Counted from the first letter of the stretch, positions 17,363 through 27,952 are shown. The stretch: 58,286 bases of DNA from Bacillota bacterium (GCA_015059155.1 SVAX01000004.1:1-58286); one strand, 5' to 3'. Numbers and translations: made by a program. Notes: a model not told the origin generated them from the letters alone.

Positions 17363-18138
17363 ATCCAATACTATTAGATTTAGGTTTTATACAAATAAGA
17401 TGGTATTCAGTATTAATATTAATTGCTTTTACAATAGGTTATTTTTTGGTAATTAATAGGTGCAAAAAAAAAGGAATATCACTAGCCCATATCTCTGATA
17501 TGTGCTTTTATCTAGTAATTATTTGTATATTAGGTGCAAGACTTTATTATTGTTTATTTAACTTAGATTATTATTCTAAAAATATACTAGATATATTTAA
17601 AATATGGGAAGGTGGACTTGCTATACATGGTGGTGTAATAGCTGGTATTATCTTTATATATTTTTATACAAGAAAAAAACAAATACCACTTCTTGATGTA
17701 TTTGATATATTTGCACCTGCTTTAGTTTTAGGGCAAGCAATAGGTAGATGGGGTAACTTCTTTAACGGAGAAGCCTTTGGCCCAGAAACAACTATTTCTA
17801 CATTAAAAAATCTATATATCCCACAATTTATAATTGACGGGATGTACATAAATCATAATTATTATCACCCTACATTTTTTTATGAATCATTAGGTTGTTT
17901 AATAATATTTATAATAATAATGTGTATAAGAAATTTTAAACATATAAAACCTGGCCAAATAGCCTCTATATATTTTATCTTTTATGGCTTAATAAGATAC
18001 TTTGTTGAAGGATTAAGACAAGATAGTTTAATGTTATTTAACTTAAAGGTAGCTAAACTAGTATCAATAATAATGATATTAGTAGGTATATATTTATTTA
18101 TAAGACCATATATAAAAAGACTTAAGAAAAAATCTTAA
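17359..18138 (+). CDS. lgt: Prolipoprotein diacylglyceryl transferase
   Basis: IRWYS, GARLYY, WEGGLAIHGG, GRWGNFFNGEAFG, HPTFFYE. Confidence 0.97.
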   Translation: MNPILLDLGFIQIRWYSVLILIAFTIGYFLVINRCKKKGISLAHISDMCFYLVIICILGARLYYCLFNLDYYSKNILDIFKIWEGGLAIHGGVIAGIIFIYFYTRKKQIPLLDVFDIFAPALVLGQAIGRWGNFFNGEAFGPETTISTLKNLYIPQFIIDGMYINHNYYHPTFFYESLGCLIIFIIIMCIRNFKHIKPGQIASIYFIFYGLIRYFVEGLRQDSLMLFNLKVAKLVSIIMILVGIYLFIRPYIKRLKKKS

Positions 18139-18142
18139 GTCT

Positions 18143-18577
18143 TTATTTTGTTCTTCCACAAAGCCAATCCATAGAAATATTATACTTTTCGCATATTTGA
18201 TAAGCAAAAGATGTTAAAATTAAAGTTTTTCCTTTTTCATATGCACATACAGTGGAAGGAGTTGTATTTAGAAATTTAGCTAAATCTTTTTGAGATAAAT
18301 TATTATCGTTTCTAAATTTAACTATATTATTTCCTATAGTTTTTCTATCAATCATATTGCTATTTAAGTTTATATTTTTATTATTCGAAAAACCGCAAAT
18401 ATAATCTAAACTTAAATTGAAATAATTACAAAAATTTATTAATTTTGGTAATGGAATAATTTCTACTTTGTTTTCCCATCTTGAATATACAGCTTGCTTA
18501 ACTCCTAATACATCAGCAACTTCTTTTTGAGTCAAGTCATTTTCTTCTCTAATAGTAAGTAATTTTACATTAAACAT
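18143..18577 (-). CDS. Tandem double-HTH XRE regulator
   Basis: Two HTH repeats; start 18577 after ggtga. Confidence 0.9.
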   Translation of the reverse strand: MFNVKLLTIREENDLTQKEVADVLGVKQAVYSRWENKVEIIPLPKLINFCNYFNLSLDYICGFSNNKNINLNSNMIDRKTIGNNIVKFRNDNNLSQKDLAKFLNTTPSTVCAYEKGKTLILTSFAYQICEKYNISMDWLCGRTK

Positions 18578-18708
18578 ATTAATCACCATAATAATTTTCT
18601 CATTATAAATAAATTTTTATTTTTTGTATACGAAAATACGAATTTCATGATATAATATATGTATAAATAAAAATTTTATTTATGGATAAAAAGAAAAGAG
18701 GTGAAAGA

Positions 18709-19032
18709 ATGATAATATCAACAACATCCTCATTGAATGGTAAAACTATAAAAGAGTATAGGGGAATTGTATTCGGAGAGGTCATAAATGGTATTAATTT
18801 TATGAAAGATTTTTCAGCAAGTATTTCTAATTTTGTAGGTGGTAGAGCTGTAGAATATGAAAAGGAATTGGTTAATTCTCGTGCTGATGCTATTAATGAA
18901 ATGATTGAAAGAGCAAAAAAGATTGGAGCAAATGCTTTAATCGGTGTCAAAGTAGATGTTGAATCATTAGGAGAAGAAAATGGTTCAATGTTGATGGTAG
19001 TAGCTACTGGAACAGCGGTAGTTGTAGAATAG
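18709..19032 (+). CDS. YbjQ/UPF0145 family protein
   Basis: GIVFGE...GG....YE..L..SR..A..EM..RA..IGANA..G...GTAV. Confidence 0.9.
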   Translation: MIISTTSSLNGKTIKEYRGIVFGEVINGINFMKDFSASISNFVGGRAVEYEKELVNSRADAINEMIERAKKIGANALIGVKVDVESLGEENGSMLMVVATGTAVVVE

Positions 19033-19051
19033 TTAAAGGAGTGAATTTAAA

Positions 19052-19591
19052 GTGGAAAAAAATGGACAATACGTTGGGGTAGATGAAAAATATATTCCAG
19101 AGGAAGAAAAATATGTAGATGGATCATTATTAGGAAAAGATACAATAGAAAAAGCAAAGCCTTATGCTAAAAAAGGCTTAAAAATAGTAAAAGGGGCATT
19201 TATTGGCTATACAATATTTTTTGTAATATTTTTTGCTATAGTAGTTACTATTATAGCTGTTACATTTGTTAATATGAAGGAAACAGGAACAAAATCTAAC
19301 AATAATGCATATAGCGAGATAGAAAAAAATTCTTTTAACAGAACTTTTGAAACATATACTGGAACTCAAAGTGGATTTTTTGTTACATCATTATTGGATA
19401 AAGTGTCTACAAATAATAAAAAAGAAAAAGATCATATAATAACAGTAATTTATAATAATCAAACGACAACAATACCTGATGAAATTATTTCTATAAAACA
19501 AAGTCTTGAAAGTCGTAATAACTATGAAGTTTCTTTTGATTATGATCAAAATGGATTTATTAATAAAGTAACTATGCAAAATATAAATTAA
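19052..19591 (+). CDS. Single-TM hypothetical protein
   Basis: GTG start after aaggag; one TM. Confidence 0.75.
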   Translation: MEKNGQYVGVDEKYIPEEEKYVDGSLLGKDTIEKAKPYAKKGLKIVKGAFIGYTIFFVIFFAIVVTIIAVTFVNMKETGTKSNNNAYSEIEKNSFNRTFETYTGTQSGFFVTSLLDKVSTNNKKEKDHIITVIYNNQTTTIPDEIISIKQSLESRNNYEVSFDYDQNGFINKVTMQNIN

Positions 19592-19795
19592 AATGGTAAT
19601 AATATATTAAATGTATTAAAAAAGTGAGTTTTCTTATTTATTGCTAAATTAAAATTTCGAAGAAATTTTGAAAGGATTAGAAAAATATTTGCCTCAATAA
19701 TTAAGAATAAACACTTTTTAAAATTTTTCAATAAAACAAAATCTACTTTATAGTAGGTTTTTTTGTTGATAAACATATAATTAATTGGTGATTAA

Positions 19796-21085
19796 ATGTT
19801 AAGTAAAATAATATGGTTGGTTGCTACTTCATTAATTATTATTAGTGGTATATATTTTACTTTTAAATTAAATTTTGTACAATTTAAATTTATAAGAATG
19901 TTTAAAAGCTTATTTATAAAAAATAAAAATAAGGATACTATAAAACCATTTGAGTCTTTAATGATGGTACTTGCTGGTAGAATTGGTGTAGGTAGTATTG
20001 CTGGCATAGCTATATCAATATATTATGGAGGAATAGGTAGTATTTTTTGGATGTGGATAAGTTCTATATTGGGTGCTTCTTTAACTTTTATAGAAACAGC
20101 ACTTGGAATGATGTATCAAAAAAAAGATATAAAATCTATATGTAAGGGTGGCCCTAGCTATTATATAAAATACGGATTAAACAACAAGTTGCTTGGAAAT
20201 ATATATGCACTTATTATAATAATAAGTGATATTGTAGGCTTTATTAGTATTCAAACAAATACTATAACTCATTCTATACAAGAAATAGTAAATATTGATA
20301 GTAAAATCATAGGAACGCTATTATGTATATTAGTAATTATTATAATAATAGGAGGTGCTAAAAGAATAGCTAAATTTTCAAGTAAGATGGTTCCTACTAT
20401 GACTTTATTGTACTTATTTATTTGTCTGATAATTATAGTAATTAATGCAGAAAAAATACCTAATATATTTATAACTATAATAAAAAGTGCTTTTGAATTT
20501 AAAGCTATAGGAGGTGGAGTACTTGGAAGTATAGTTATAGGCATACAAAGAGGTATATTTTCAAGTGAAGCAGGAATAGGGACAGGAGCAATTGCAGCCG
20601 CAACTGTTGAAACTTTAACACAAGAAGAAAAACTTGCCCAAGGATATACTCAAATGTTAGGAGTATATATAACTACTTTTTTAATATGTACATCAACTGC
20701 TTTAATATTATTAACAACTAATGTGTCTAATTTAAATTTTAATAATTTTAATGGTATAGAATTAGTACAATTAGCTTTTACTAAACATTTAGGAGGTATT
20801 GGCAATTATTTTGTATTTTTAATAATATTCTTGTTTGCTTTTACTACAATTTTATCAAGCTATTATAATGGAGAATCATCGCTTAAATATTTTATAGAAA
20901 AACCTAAAAAATCATTAAAGTTATTAAAATTATTTACCTGCCTTTCTATAATGTTTGGAGCTATATCTTCATCAAGCATTATCTGGAACTTTATAGATGC
21001 GTTTGTAGGTATATTAGCTATTATAAATATATATGCTATAATAAAATTACAAGATAAAGTAATAAAATCTTTAAATGAGAAGTAG
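19796..21085 (+). CDS. Alanine/glycine:cation symporter (AGCS/AlsT family)
   Basis: AGRIGVGSIAG, GGPSYYI, RGIFSSEAGIG, LICTSTA. Confidence 0.9.
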   Translation: MLSKIIWLVATSLIIISGIYFTFKLNFVQFKFIRMFKSLFIKNKNKDTIKPFESLMMVLAGRIGVGSIAGIAISIYYGGIGSIFWMWISSILGASLTFIETALGMMYQKKDIKSICKGGPSYYIKYGLNNKLLGNIYALIIIISDIVGFISIQTNTITHSIQEIVNIDSKIIGTLLCILVIIIIIGGAKRIAKFSSKMVPTMTLLYLFICLIIIVINAEKIPNIFITIIKSAFEFKAIGGGVLGSIVIGIQRGIFSSEAGIGTGAIAAATVETLTQEEKLAQGYTQMLGVYITTFLICTSTALILLTTNVSNLNFNNFNGIELVQLAFTKHLGGIGNYFVFLIIFLFAFTTILSSYYNGESSLKYFIEKPKKSLKLLKLFTCLSIMFGAISSSSIIWNFIDAFVGILAIINIYAIIKLQDKVIKSLNEK

Positions 21086-21114
21086 AAATATGATAAAATA
21101 TTATTGGTGGTTGT

Positions 21115-21765
21115 ATGATAAATAAGAAGTGGGATGTAATATTAAAAGATGAATTTAAAAAAGAGTATTTTAAAAATTTAGGATTATTTGTTAAAAATGA
21201 ATATAAAACAAAAACAGTATTTCCTCCATATGAGAATATATTTGACGCACTTAGATTTACTGATTATGATGAAGTTAAAGTCGTAATATTAGGACAAGAT
21301 CCATACCATGGATTAGGAGAGGCACATGGACTTTCTTTCTCGGTAAAAGAAGGAGTAAGAATGCCTCCTTCACTGTTAAACATATTTAAGGAACTTTATA
21401 GTGATTTAGGTATAAAAAGAACTAAAAGTGATTTAACTGATTGGGCTAAAGAAGGAGTATTACTATTAAATTCAATAATGACGGTTGTTAAAGATACACC
21501 TTTATCACATAAAAATAAAGGATGGGAAATATTTACTGACACAGTTATTTCTAAATTAAACGAAAGGGAAGAACCGGTTATATTCTTATTATGGGGGAGC
21601 TTTGCTAGAAGTAAAAAAGAGCTTATAACTAATAAAAGACATAAGATTATAGAATCAGTCCATCCATCACCTTTATCAGCAAGTCGTGGTTTTTTTGGAA
21701 GTAAACCATTTAGTAAAATAAATAAATATTTAAAAGAATTTGGCAAAGAAGAAATAAAATGGTAA
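21115..21765 (+). CDS. ung: Uracil-DNA glycosylase
   Basis: GQDPYH, GLSFSV, PPSL, GVLLLN, HPSPLS. Confidence 0.97.
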   Translation: MINKKWDVILKDEFKKEYFKNLGLFVKNEYKTKTVFPPYENIFDALRFTDYDEVKVVILGQDPYHGLGEAHGLSFSVKEGVRMPPSLLNIFKELYSDLGIKRTKSDLTDWAKEGVLLLNSIMTVVKDTPLSHKNKGWEIFTDTVISKLNEREEPVIFLLWGSFARSKKELITNKRHKIIESVHPSPLSASRGFFGSKPFSKINKYLKEFGKEEIKW

Positions 21766-21873
21766 TTATATAATGTGAAAAATTGATGAAAAATCAATTT
21801 TTTTTAAATTATTTAAAAAAATAAAAAGGAAATAGAAAAGTTTTGTAGAAAGATATAAGTGAGGAGGTGAAAT

Positions 21874-22830
21874 ATGATTGAAGAAAAAAGAATAATTCCG
21901 TTAAAATTTGATTTAATGTTTAAAAAAGTATTTGGAGATAAAAATGATCAAAAACCATTAAGAAAACTTTTAGAATGTATATTAGGAATAAATCCAAAAC
22001 AAATAACTATTTTAAATCCTGAAATAATAGGGTCATCATATTATGATAAGAGAACAATTGTAGATTTAATAGTAGAATTAGATGATGGGACACAAATAGG
22101 AATAGAAATGAATACTAATGTAAATAAATATTTAATAGCTAGGAATCTAAGATATCTATTTAAAAATATAGGCCAAGGTTTGAAAAAAGGAAGTTCATAT
22201 GGTAATCTTCAAAAATACATACAAATAAATATAGATTGTGAAGGCAAACATATAAAACCAATAGAAACATATAAAATAATGGAGATAGAAAAACATAAAA
22301 TATTAACAGAAGATGTAGAGATAGTAAGAGTAGACCTTTCATATTATGTAAAAAGGTGTTATAATGAAGATGCAAGTAAGTTAGACTATAAAGATAAGTT
22401 TATAGGGCTAATGGGAATAGAAGATAGAGATCTTGCAAAAAATATAACAAAGGGAGATGTAAGTATGGAAGAGATATTAAAAAAAGTAGAAGATTTTAGC
22501 GAGGATGAAGAAATATTAGGTGCTTATGATGCAGAGTGGCACAAACAAGAAGTAGACAGAGTAGTAATGCTAGATAAGTTAGAAAAAGCGCAAGAAGAAG
22601 GATTAGCTAGTGGTATGGCACAAGGTATGGCACAAGGTATGGCACAAGGTATGGCACAAGGTATGGCTCAAGGCATTGCTCAAGGTATGGCTGAAGGAAT
22701 AGAGCAAGGAAAACAAGAAAAAAGTGTTCAAATAGTAAACAATATGTTAAAAGAAAATATTGATATAGAAATAATATCAAGAGTAACGGGATTATCAATT
22801 GAAGAAATAGAAAGTACTAAAAATATTTAG
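21874..22830 (+). CDS. Rpn/YhgA-like PD-(D/E)XK nuclease family protein
   Basis: DLMFKKVFG, VDLIVEL..GIEM, C-terminal G(M/I)xQ repeats and ISRVTGLSIEEIE tail. Confidence 0.9.
   Translation: MIEEKRIIPLKFDLMFKKVFGDKNDQKPLRKLLECILGINPKQITILNPEIIGSSYYDKRTIVDLIVELDDGTQIGIEMNTNVNKYLIARNLRYLFKNIGQGLKKGSSYGNLQKYIQINIDCEGKHIKPIETYKIMEIEKHKILTEDVEIVRVDLSYYVKRCYNEDASKLDYKDKFIGLMGIEDRDLAKNITKGDVSMEEILKKVEDFSEDEEILGAYDAEWHKQEVDRVVMLDKLEKAQEEGLASGMAQGMAQGMAQGMAQGMAQGIAQGMAEGIEQGKQEKSVQIVNNMLKENIDIEIISRVTGLSIEEIESTKNI
22612..22707 (+). repeat. In-frame 12-bp tandem repeat (GMAQ)n
   Basis: ggtatggcacaa x4 perfect plus 4 degenerate units. Confidence 0.95.
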
Positions 22831-22882
22831 TGCTTTTTGTATAAAATAAAAAAATATTGCTCATTATCAAATAGGTGATAAA

Positions 22883-23413
22883 ATGAAAAAAACAATATTT
22901 TTATTTATTGGAATAATTATAACTTATATATTAATTGGTAATGTAATGGCAACTAACGATATAATTCCTGACGAAGCAATTAGAATAAGAGTAATTGCTA
23001 ACTCTGACTCTGAATATGATCAAGAAATAAAATTAAAAGTTAAAGATACATTAGAATATAATATGTACAATTTATTAAAAAACACAACTGATTTAGAACA
23101 TGCAAGAGAGTTAATAAAAAATAATTTAAGTAGTGTAGAGAGTAATATTGACAAAATTTTACAAGAAGAAGAGTATAAGTTGCCTTTTACTATTAATTTT
23201 GGATTAAATTACTTTCCTAAAAAGGAATTTAAGGGTATAATTTATGAAGAAGGATACTATGAATCAGTAGTTGTCACTTTAGGGGAAGGTTTAGGTAACA
23301 ATTGGTGGTGTGTATTATTTCCGCCTCTTTGTATGTTAGAAGCAGAAGAAGTAAATACAACAGATGTAGAATATACAACATTAGTAAAAACTGTAATAGA
23401 TAAATATTTTTAA
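22883..23413 (+). CDS. spoIIR: Stage II sporulation protein R
   Basis: IRIRVIANSDS..DQ..KLKVKD, FPKKEF, G.G.NWWCVLFPPLC. Confidence 0.95.
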   Translation: MKKTIFLFIGIIITYILIGNVMATNDIIPDEAIRIRVIANSDSEYDQEIKLKVKDTLEYNMYNLLKNTTDLEHARELIKNNLSSVESNIDKILQEEEYKLPFTINFGLNYFPKKEFKGIIYEEGYYESVVVTLGEGLGNNWWCVLFPPLCMLEAEEVNTTDVEYTTLVKTVIDKYF

Positions 23414-23444
23414 AAATATTGAGTATTATTTTATAGGTGAAACT

Positions 23445-23978
23445 ATGAACATAATACTCATTTTTATTATAGCTGTTAGTTTAAGTATGGATGCTTTTTC
23501 TCTTTCTCTTGCTTATGGAACTGTTTCAATGACTAAAAAAGAAATAAATTTATTATCAATTATAGTAGGAATGTATCATTTTTTTATGCCAATATTTGGA
23601 ATGCTTATAGGTGGATTTGTATTTGATATACTTCATTTAAATAATAAATTGATAGTACTAGTTATATTTAGTTTTATTGGCATAAATATGGTTATAGAAA
23701 GTTTTAAAAAAGAAGAAAAAGTAAAAAGAATGAAAATAGGAGAAATGATATTATTTGGTCTAGCAGTTAGTATAGATAGTTTTTCTGTGGGGATTGGCAT
23801 AAATAATATAAGTAGTAATTTTTTTCTTTGTTCTTGTATTTTTTCTTTAATAAGTTTTATATTTACTTATATTGGTTTAAAACTTGGAAATAAATTAAAT
23901 CAATTAATAGGTAAAATAGCGACCTTAATAGGAGGAATAACTCTTGTTGTACTTGGATTAATATACATTATAAAATAG
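23445..23978 (+). CDS. MntP/YtaF family membrane protein
   Basis: SLSMDAFS and AVSIDSFSVG repeats. Confidence 0.85.
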   Translation: MNIILIFIIAVSLSMDAFSLSLAYGTVSMTKKEINLLSIIVGMYHFFMPIFGMLIGGFVFDILHLNNKLIVLVIFSFIGINMVIESFKKEEKVKRMKIGEMILFGLAVSIDSFSVGIGINNISSNFFLCSCIFSLISFIFTYIGLKLGNKLNQLIGKIATLIGGITLVVLGLIYIIK

Positions 23979-24106
23979 TGTATATTATTTTTAATTATCT
24001 AAAATCTAATTTACAACTCTAAATATAAATGTTATAATTAGAATGGATTACTACTAAACACCCTTTTAGGCAAGAATCATAAACTATAGTAGTCTTGGAG
24101 GTACAA

Positions 24107-25360
24107 ATGAAACAAATAATAATACAAGGTGGGAATAAACTAAGCGGGACAATAAGAATAAGTGGCGCAAAAAATAGTGCGGTTGCTTTGATACCTGCCT
24201 CTATTTTATCAGATGATATTGTTAAAATAGATAATGTTCCTAATATATCCGATATAGATGCACTTAATGAAATTTTAGAATTTTTAGGTGCTAAAGTTAC
24301 CATAGAAGATGGGCTAATGACAATTAATCCAAAAGAAATAAAGAATAAAAAAATTCCAAAAGAAGTATCTAGTAAATTAAGAGCTTCATATTACTTTATG
24401 TCTGCACTACTTGGAAAGTATAAACAAGTTGAAATGTATTTTCCAGGAGGGTGCAAGATAGGTGCTAGACCTATAGATCAAACATTAAAAGGGTTTAAAG
24501 CGCTTGGAGCAAAAATAGAAGAAAAAGATAATAAATTTAAAATAACTGCAGATGAACTTATTGGGGGTCATGTATACTTAGATATGCCAAGTGTAGGAGC
24601 TACTATAAATACTATGTTAGTTGCAGTTAAAGCAAAAGGAACAACAATAATAGAGAACGCTGCTAAAGAACCAGAAATAGTAAATGTTGCAACATTCTTA
24701 AATAATATGGGTGCTAAAATAACAGGAGCAGGAACTAGTGAAATTAGAATTAAGGGTGTAGAACGTTTAAAAGGATGTTTTACTGAAGTAATTCCTGATA
24801 GAATAGAAACAGGAACTTATATAATTGCAGGAGCACTTTTAGGTGATAATTTAAAAATAGACAATATAATTCCAGAACATGTAGAATCCCTAACACTTAA
24901 ATTAAAAGAAATGGGTGTAGACATAACTATTGGTAATAATTATGCTATTGTAAATGGTTGTGAAAATCCAAAGCATGTTAATTTAAAAACTTTAGGTTAT
25001 CCAGGATTCCCAACAGACTTACAACAACCAATAACAACTCTTCTAACACAATGTAAAGGTGTTTCTATGTTAGAAGAAACAATCTATGAAAATAGATTCC
25101 AAAATGTACCATATTTAAATAAAATGGGCGCTAATATAAAAATAATAGGTAAAAAAATAAAAGTAAAAGGGCCTACTAAATTAAGGGGTAAAAAAGTAGT
25201 AGCAACTGATCTTAGAGCTGGAGCTTGCTTAGTTCTTGCAGGACTTTGTGCTCAAGGAAAAACGACAATAACTAATATAGAACATGTTTTAAGAGGTTAT
25301 GAAAATATAATAGAAAAATTGACTAATGTAGGTGCTAAAATATCGTTAGAAGAAATATAA
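24107..25360 (+). CDS. murA: UDP-N-acetylglucosamine 1-carboxyvinyltransferase
   Basis: GAKNSA, LRAS, PGGCKIGARP, PGFPTDLQ, TDLRAGA; ATG 24107 after ggagg. Confidence 0.97.
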   Translation: MKQIIIQGGNKLSGTIRISGAKNSAVALIPASILSDDIVKIDNVPNISDIDALNEILEFLGAKVTIEDGLMTINPKEIKNKKIPKEVSSKLRASYYFMSALLGKYKQVEMYFPGGCKIGARPIDQTLKGFKALGAKIEEKDNKFKITADELIGGHVYLDMPSVGATINTMLVAVKAKGTTIIENAAKEPEIVNVATFLNNMGAKITGAGTSEIRIKGVERLKGCFTEVIPDRIETGTYIIAGALLGDNLKIDNIIPEHVESLTLKLKEMGVDITIGNNYAIVNGCENPKHVNLKTLGYPGFPTDLQQPITTLLTQCKGVSMLEETIYENRFQNVPYLNKMGANIKIIGKKIKVKGPTKLRGKKVVATDLRAGACLVLAGLCAQGKTTITNIEHVLRGYENIIEKLTNVGAKISLEEI

Positions 25361-25362
25361 TT

Positions 25363-25387
25363 AAAGTAGCAATAATGCTACTTTTTT
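25363..25387 (+). terminator. Terminator after murA
   Basis: aaagtagca-ataa-tgctactttttt. Confidence 0.7.
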
Positions 25388-25397
25388 AGGTGATAAA

Positions 25398-26063
25398 ATG
25401 AAAAAAATAATATTTACTATTTTAGTAGTTTTAATAACATTCCTAATATATTTTTTTAATAGAAGTGAGAAAATATATTATGTATCACTAGGAGATTATT
25501 TGTCTTATGGTATAAATAATTTTAAAAATGTAAATAATAGTTATAGTAATAATATAAAAGAATATCATAAACAAAATTTAGATAAATATGTTAATTATTC
25601 TAGTTATGATGATTATAGAGTAATGGATTTAATAAATGATATAAACTACAATAAAACAGTTATATATGAGGATAAAGAGTATAAATTACAAAATTTATTA
25701 ATAAAAGCTAATCTAATAACCATATCAATAGGAATGAATGATTTAATATATAAAAGTAATTATGATACAGATTTGTATGAATATACCGATGATTTATTAA
25801 AAGATATAGAAAGCTTACTTATATTAATTAGAAAATATAATAAAGATGAAATATATTTCTTAAGTTTTTATAATGTTATAGGTAATGAAAATTTAATAGA
25901 ATATGCTAATAAAAGATTAGAAATAATATGTAATAAAAATAAAATAAAATTAGTAGATATATCTTTACTCAACAACTACATTATAGATAAATTATATCCA
26001 ACTAATGATGGGTATATGTATATAACAAATAAGATTTTATATTTTACAAAACAGAAAAAATAG
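25398..26063 (+). CDS. Membrane-anchored SGNH/GDSL-like protein with substituted catalytic residues
   Basis: YVSLGDYL (block I), ISIGMND (block III), DKLYPT (block V). Confidence 0.75.
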   Translation: MKKIIFTILVVLITFLIYFFNRSEKIYYVSLGDYLSYGINNFKNVNNSYSNNIKEYHKQNLDKYVNYSSYDDYRVMDLINDINYNKTVIYEDKEYKLQNLLIKANLITISIGMNDLIYKSNYDTDLYEYTDDLLKDIESLLILIRKYNKDEIYFLSFYNVIGNENLIEYANKRLEIICNKNKIKLVDISLLNNYIIDKLYPTNDGYMYITNKILYFTKQKK

Positions 26064-26087
26064 TATATAATTAAATTGGGTGATAAA

Positions 26088-26735
26088 ATGTTAGAAAGCA
26101 ATAAATTATTTTCAAAAGTATTCTTATGGATGTTTATAGGACTTGCTATAACATTTGGGATAGGATATTATGTTTCAATTAATGCAAATATGCTTTATAA
26201 TGTATTTTCTGAATACTATATATTTTTAGTAATAGCAGAATTAGTTGTAGTTATTTGGTTAAGTGCACGTATTAGAAAAATGAAACCAATGACTGCGAAG
26301 ATATTATTCTGTTTATATTCCCTTATAACAGGACTTACGTTCTCATCAATATTTGTTGTATATGAGATAACATCTATTGTTTATGTATTTGGAATAACAT
26401 CTTTAATATTCTTAATATTTGCTTTAATTGGATATTTTACAAAAATAGATTTAACTAAAATAGGTGTATATTTATTTATGATTCTATTTGGAGTGATAAT
26501 ATGCAGCATAATAAATATGTTTGTAGGTAGTGAAACATTTGATTTAGGTATTACAATAGTATGTTTAATAGTATTTATAGTATATGTAGCATACGATATT
26601 CAAGTAATTAAAAGAAATCTGTATTTAATAGAAGAAGAGGATAATTTAGCAATTTATGGTGCTTTACAATTATATCTAGATTTTATTAATATCTTCTTAA
26701 GATTACTACAATTATTTGGAAGAAATAATGATTAG
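26088..26735 (+). CDS. Bax inhibitor-1/YccA family membrane protein
   Basis: AYDIQ, GALQLYLDFINIF. Confidence 0.92.
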   Translation: MLESNKLFSKVFLWMFIGLAITFGIGYYVSINANMLYNVFSEYYIFLVIAELVVVIWLSARIRKMKPMTAKILFCLYSLITGLTFSSIFVVYEITSIVYVFGITSLIFLIFALIGYFTKIDLTKIGVYLFMILFGVIICSIINMFVGSETFDLGITIVCLIVFIVYVAYDIQVIKRNLYLIEEEDNLAIYGALQLYLDFINIFLRLLQLFGRNND

Positions 26736-26826
26736 TAGTCAAGTACTACTTTTCTTTTACACATTTCTTTCAAAAATACTTGCAAAAACTTAAATAATTT
26801 GATAAACTATGTAAGTAATTAAATTT

Positions 26827-26848
26827 CTATGACTTGAATTAGTCATGG
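26827..26848 (+). promoter_or_regulatory. Leader hairpin of rpmE (possible L31 autoregulatory leader)
   Basis: ctatgact-tgaatt-agtcatgg just before RBS. Confidence 0.45.
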
Positions 26849-26865
26849 CGGGAGGAGAGTTAAAT

Positions 26866-27084
26866 ATGAAAAAAGGAATTCATCCAGAATACAATGAAAC
26901 TAAAGTAACTTGTGCTTGTGGAAATACATTCACAGTAAACTCAAATAAAGAAGAGTTACACTTAGAAGTTTGTAATGAATGTCATCCATTCTATAAAGGT
27001 GGAAAAGATGCTGGTTTAGTTTCAAAAACTGGACGTGTAGAAAAATTCAATCGTAAGTATGGATTTAATAAAGAAGCTAAATAA
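26866..27084 (+). CDS. rpmE: 50S ribosomal protein L31 (Zn-binding type)
   Basis: MKKGIHPEY..CACG..CNECHPFY. Confidence 0.97.
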   Translation: MKKGIHPEYNETKVTCACGNTFTVNSNKEELHLEVCNECHPFYKGGKDAGLVSKTGRVEKFNRKYGFNKEAK

Positions 27085-27141
27085 TAGCTTTTTTTGTATA
27101 TAATTTTAAATAAGTGAAATACTAATATTGGTGATTAATAT

Positions 27142-27864
27142 ATGAATATAGATTTTTCTGAACTATGGGATGTAACAGTAAGAGCATTATCATCTTTAGT
27201 AACACTTTTCTTAATAACTAAAATGTTAGGTAAAAAACAAGTATCCCAGTTATCATTATTCGATTATGTAATTGGTATTTCAATAGGTAACTTTGCTGCT
27301 GAAATGACTATAAATTTAGAGTCAAATGAAATAAATGGGATATGGGCAGTAGTACTATTTGGTTTATTTGCTTATACTATTTCATATCTTACTATGAAAA
27401 GTATTGTACTTAGAAGATTTTTTATGGGGACTCCAACAATCTTAATACAGGATGGTAAAATATTAGAAAAAAATTTAAAAAAAATGAAATTTGATATAAA
27501 TGATATGTTAGAAGAGGTTAGAAGTTCTGGATATTTCGATCTATCGCAAGTAGAATATGCAATATTAGAACCTAATGGTGAAGTTAGCATTTTACCTAAA
27601 CCAGAGTATAGACCACTCACTCCAAAAGATATGAAAGTAAAAGTTGATAAAGAAGGCCTTTGCTGTAATGTAATAATTGATGGGAAAATTATGTATAATA
27701 ATTTAAAAAACATTAAGAAAGATGAAAAATGGTTAGATAAGGCTTTAAAAGTCAAAGGATATAGTGATATTTCGAAAATATTACTTGCAACCGTTGATGT
27801 TAATGAAAAAATTGTTATATACGAAAGAAATTTAAATGACGATCCTAAAGATGTATTAGAATGA
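27142..27864 (+). CDS. DUF421 (YetF-like) membrane protein
   Basis: GKKQVSQLSLFDYVIGISIG, AILEPNGEVS. Confidence 0.9.
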   Translation: MNIDFSELWDVTVRALSSLVTLFLITKMLGKKQVSQLSLFDYVIGISIGNFAAEMTINLESNEINGIWAVVLFGLFAYTISYLTMKSIVLRRFFMGTPTILIQDGKILEKNLKKMKFDINDMLEEVRSSGYFDLSQVEYAILEPNGEVSILPKPEYRPLTPKDMKVKVDKEGLCCNVIIDGKIMYNNLKNIKKDEKWLDKALKVKGYSDISKILLATVDVNEKIVIYERNLNDDPKDVLE

Positions 27865-27952
27865 TGTGTAAAAAAGTGTAAAAAAAACAAAATAAAATTA
27901 AATACTTATGACATTTAATTTTATTTTTGATATAGTATAATTAGGTGATACT

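Noticed and set aside
22612-22707. Tandem repeats as a CRISPR array
   Set aside because: 12-bp units with no spacers, in frame inside an Rpn-family CDS; no cas genes in the window.
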